Shown here piece by piece: positions 63,330-63,410 of a DNA stretch of 63,410 nucleotides. This stretch comes from Chara braunii. Lineage: Eukaryota > Plantae > Charophyceae. The DNA is taken from assembly GCA_003427395.1 (NCBI GenBank), contig BFEA01000025.1, positions 4,638,265-4,701,674 on the forward strand. Reading direction: 5' to 3'. Position 1 is the stretch's first letter. Each line of letters begins with the position of its first letter. The position numbers were made by a program, and so were the translations under genes. Under the pieces are notes generated by a model. The model was not told the DNA's origin, did no database searches, and saw nothing but the letters and a program-made list of their open reading frames with translations.

Positions 63330-63410
63330 GAGGGGATTCTGCAGACTGTTGAGGGTTCAGCCTCCTGATGAGTCGGTGAAACTCCGACGAAACAGTTTGT
63401 CACAGCCCCT
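63330..63410 (+). ncRNA. Second hammerhead ribozyme copy
   Basis: CTGATGA at 63365-63371 with identical core and stems; predicted cleavage after 63401. Confidence 0.88.

Larger units (their letters stand above)
62788..63410 (+). mobile_element. Tandem 409-bp non-coding repeat with hammerhead ribozymes (retrozyme-like or non-autonomous PLE), running off the window end
   Basis: 62788-63001 is repeated at 63211-63410, preceded by (AT)n. No credible ORF. Confidence 0.85.

Overview
Repeat-dense eukaryotic genomic DNA with assembly gaps and one Nextera adapter artefact. The plant-type U6/U2 sequences, the chromovirus and the N-terminal-endonuclease Penelope element suggest a green-lineage host such as a charophyte alga (inference). 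Main contents: (1) a decayed Penelope-like element (250-13579) with direct pseudo-LTRs carrying hammerhead-like motifs and one reconstructable ORF (CCHC knuckle, GIY-YIG, CxC, RT); (2) a 7.35 kb TG..CA element with a 4-bp TSD splitting that ORF, probably a giant solo LTR, with covarying hairpins inside; (3) a 1.15 kb tRNA-headed SINE with a 14-bp TSD; (4) one host gene of three coding exons encoding a small type I membrane protein with two EGF-like domains; (5) at least 7 U6 pieces and 2 U2 pieces, including repeated U6-tRNA(Asp) chimeras; (6) several MITE families; (7) a decayed chromodomain Ty3/Gypsy; (8) at the right edge, tandem 409-bp non-coding units each with an intact-core hammerhead ribozyme of unusual four-stem architecture, with further copies inserted in (AT)n tracts. 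Item 8 is the best candidate for an undescribed system (retrozyme-like, possibly circRNA-producing).
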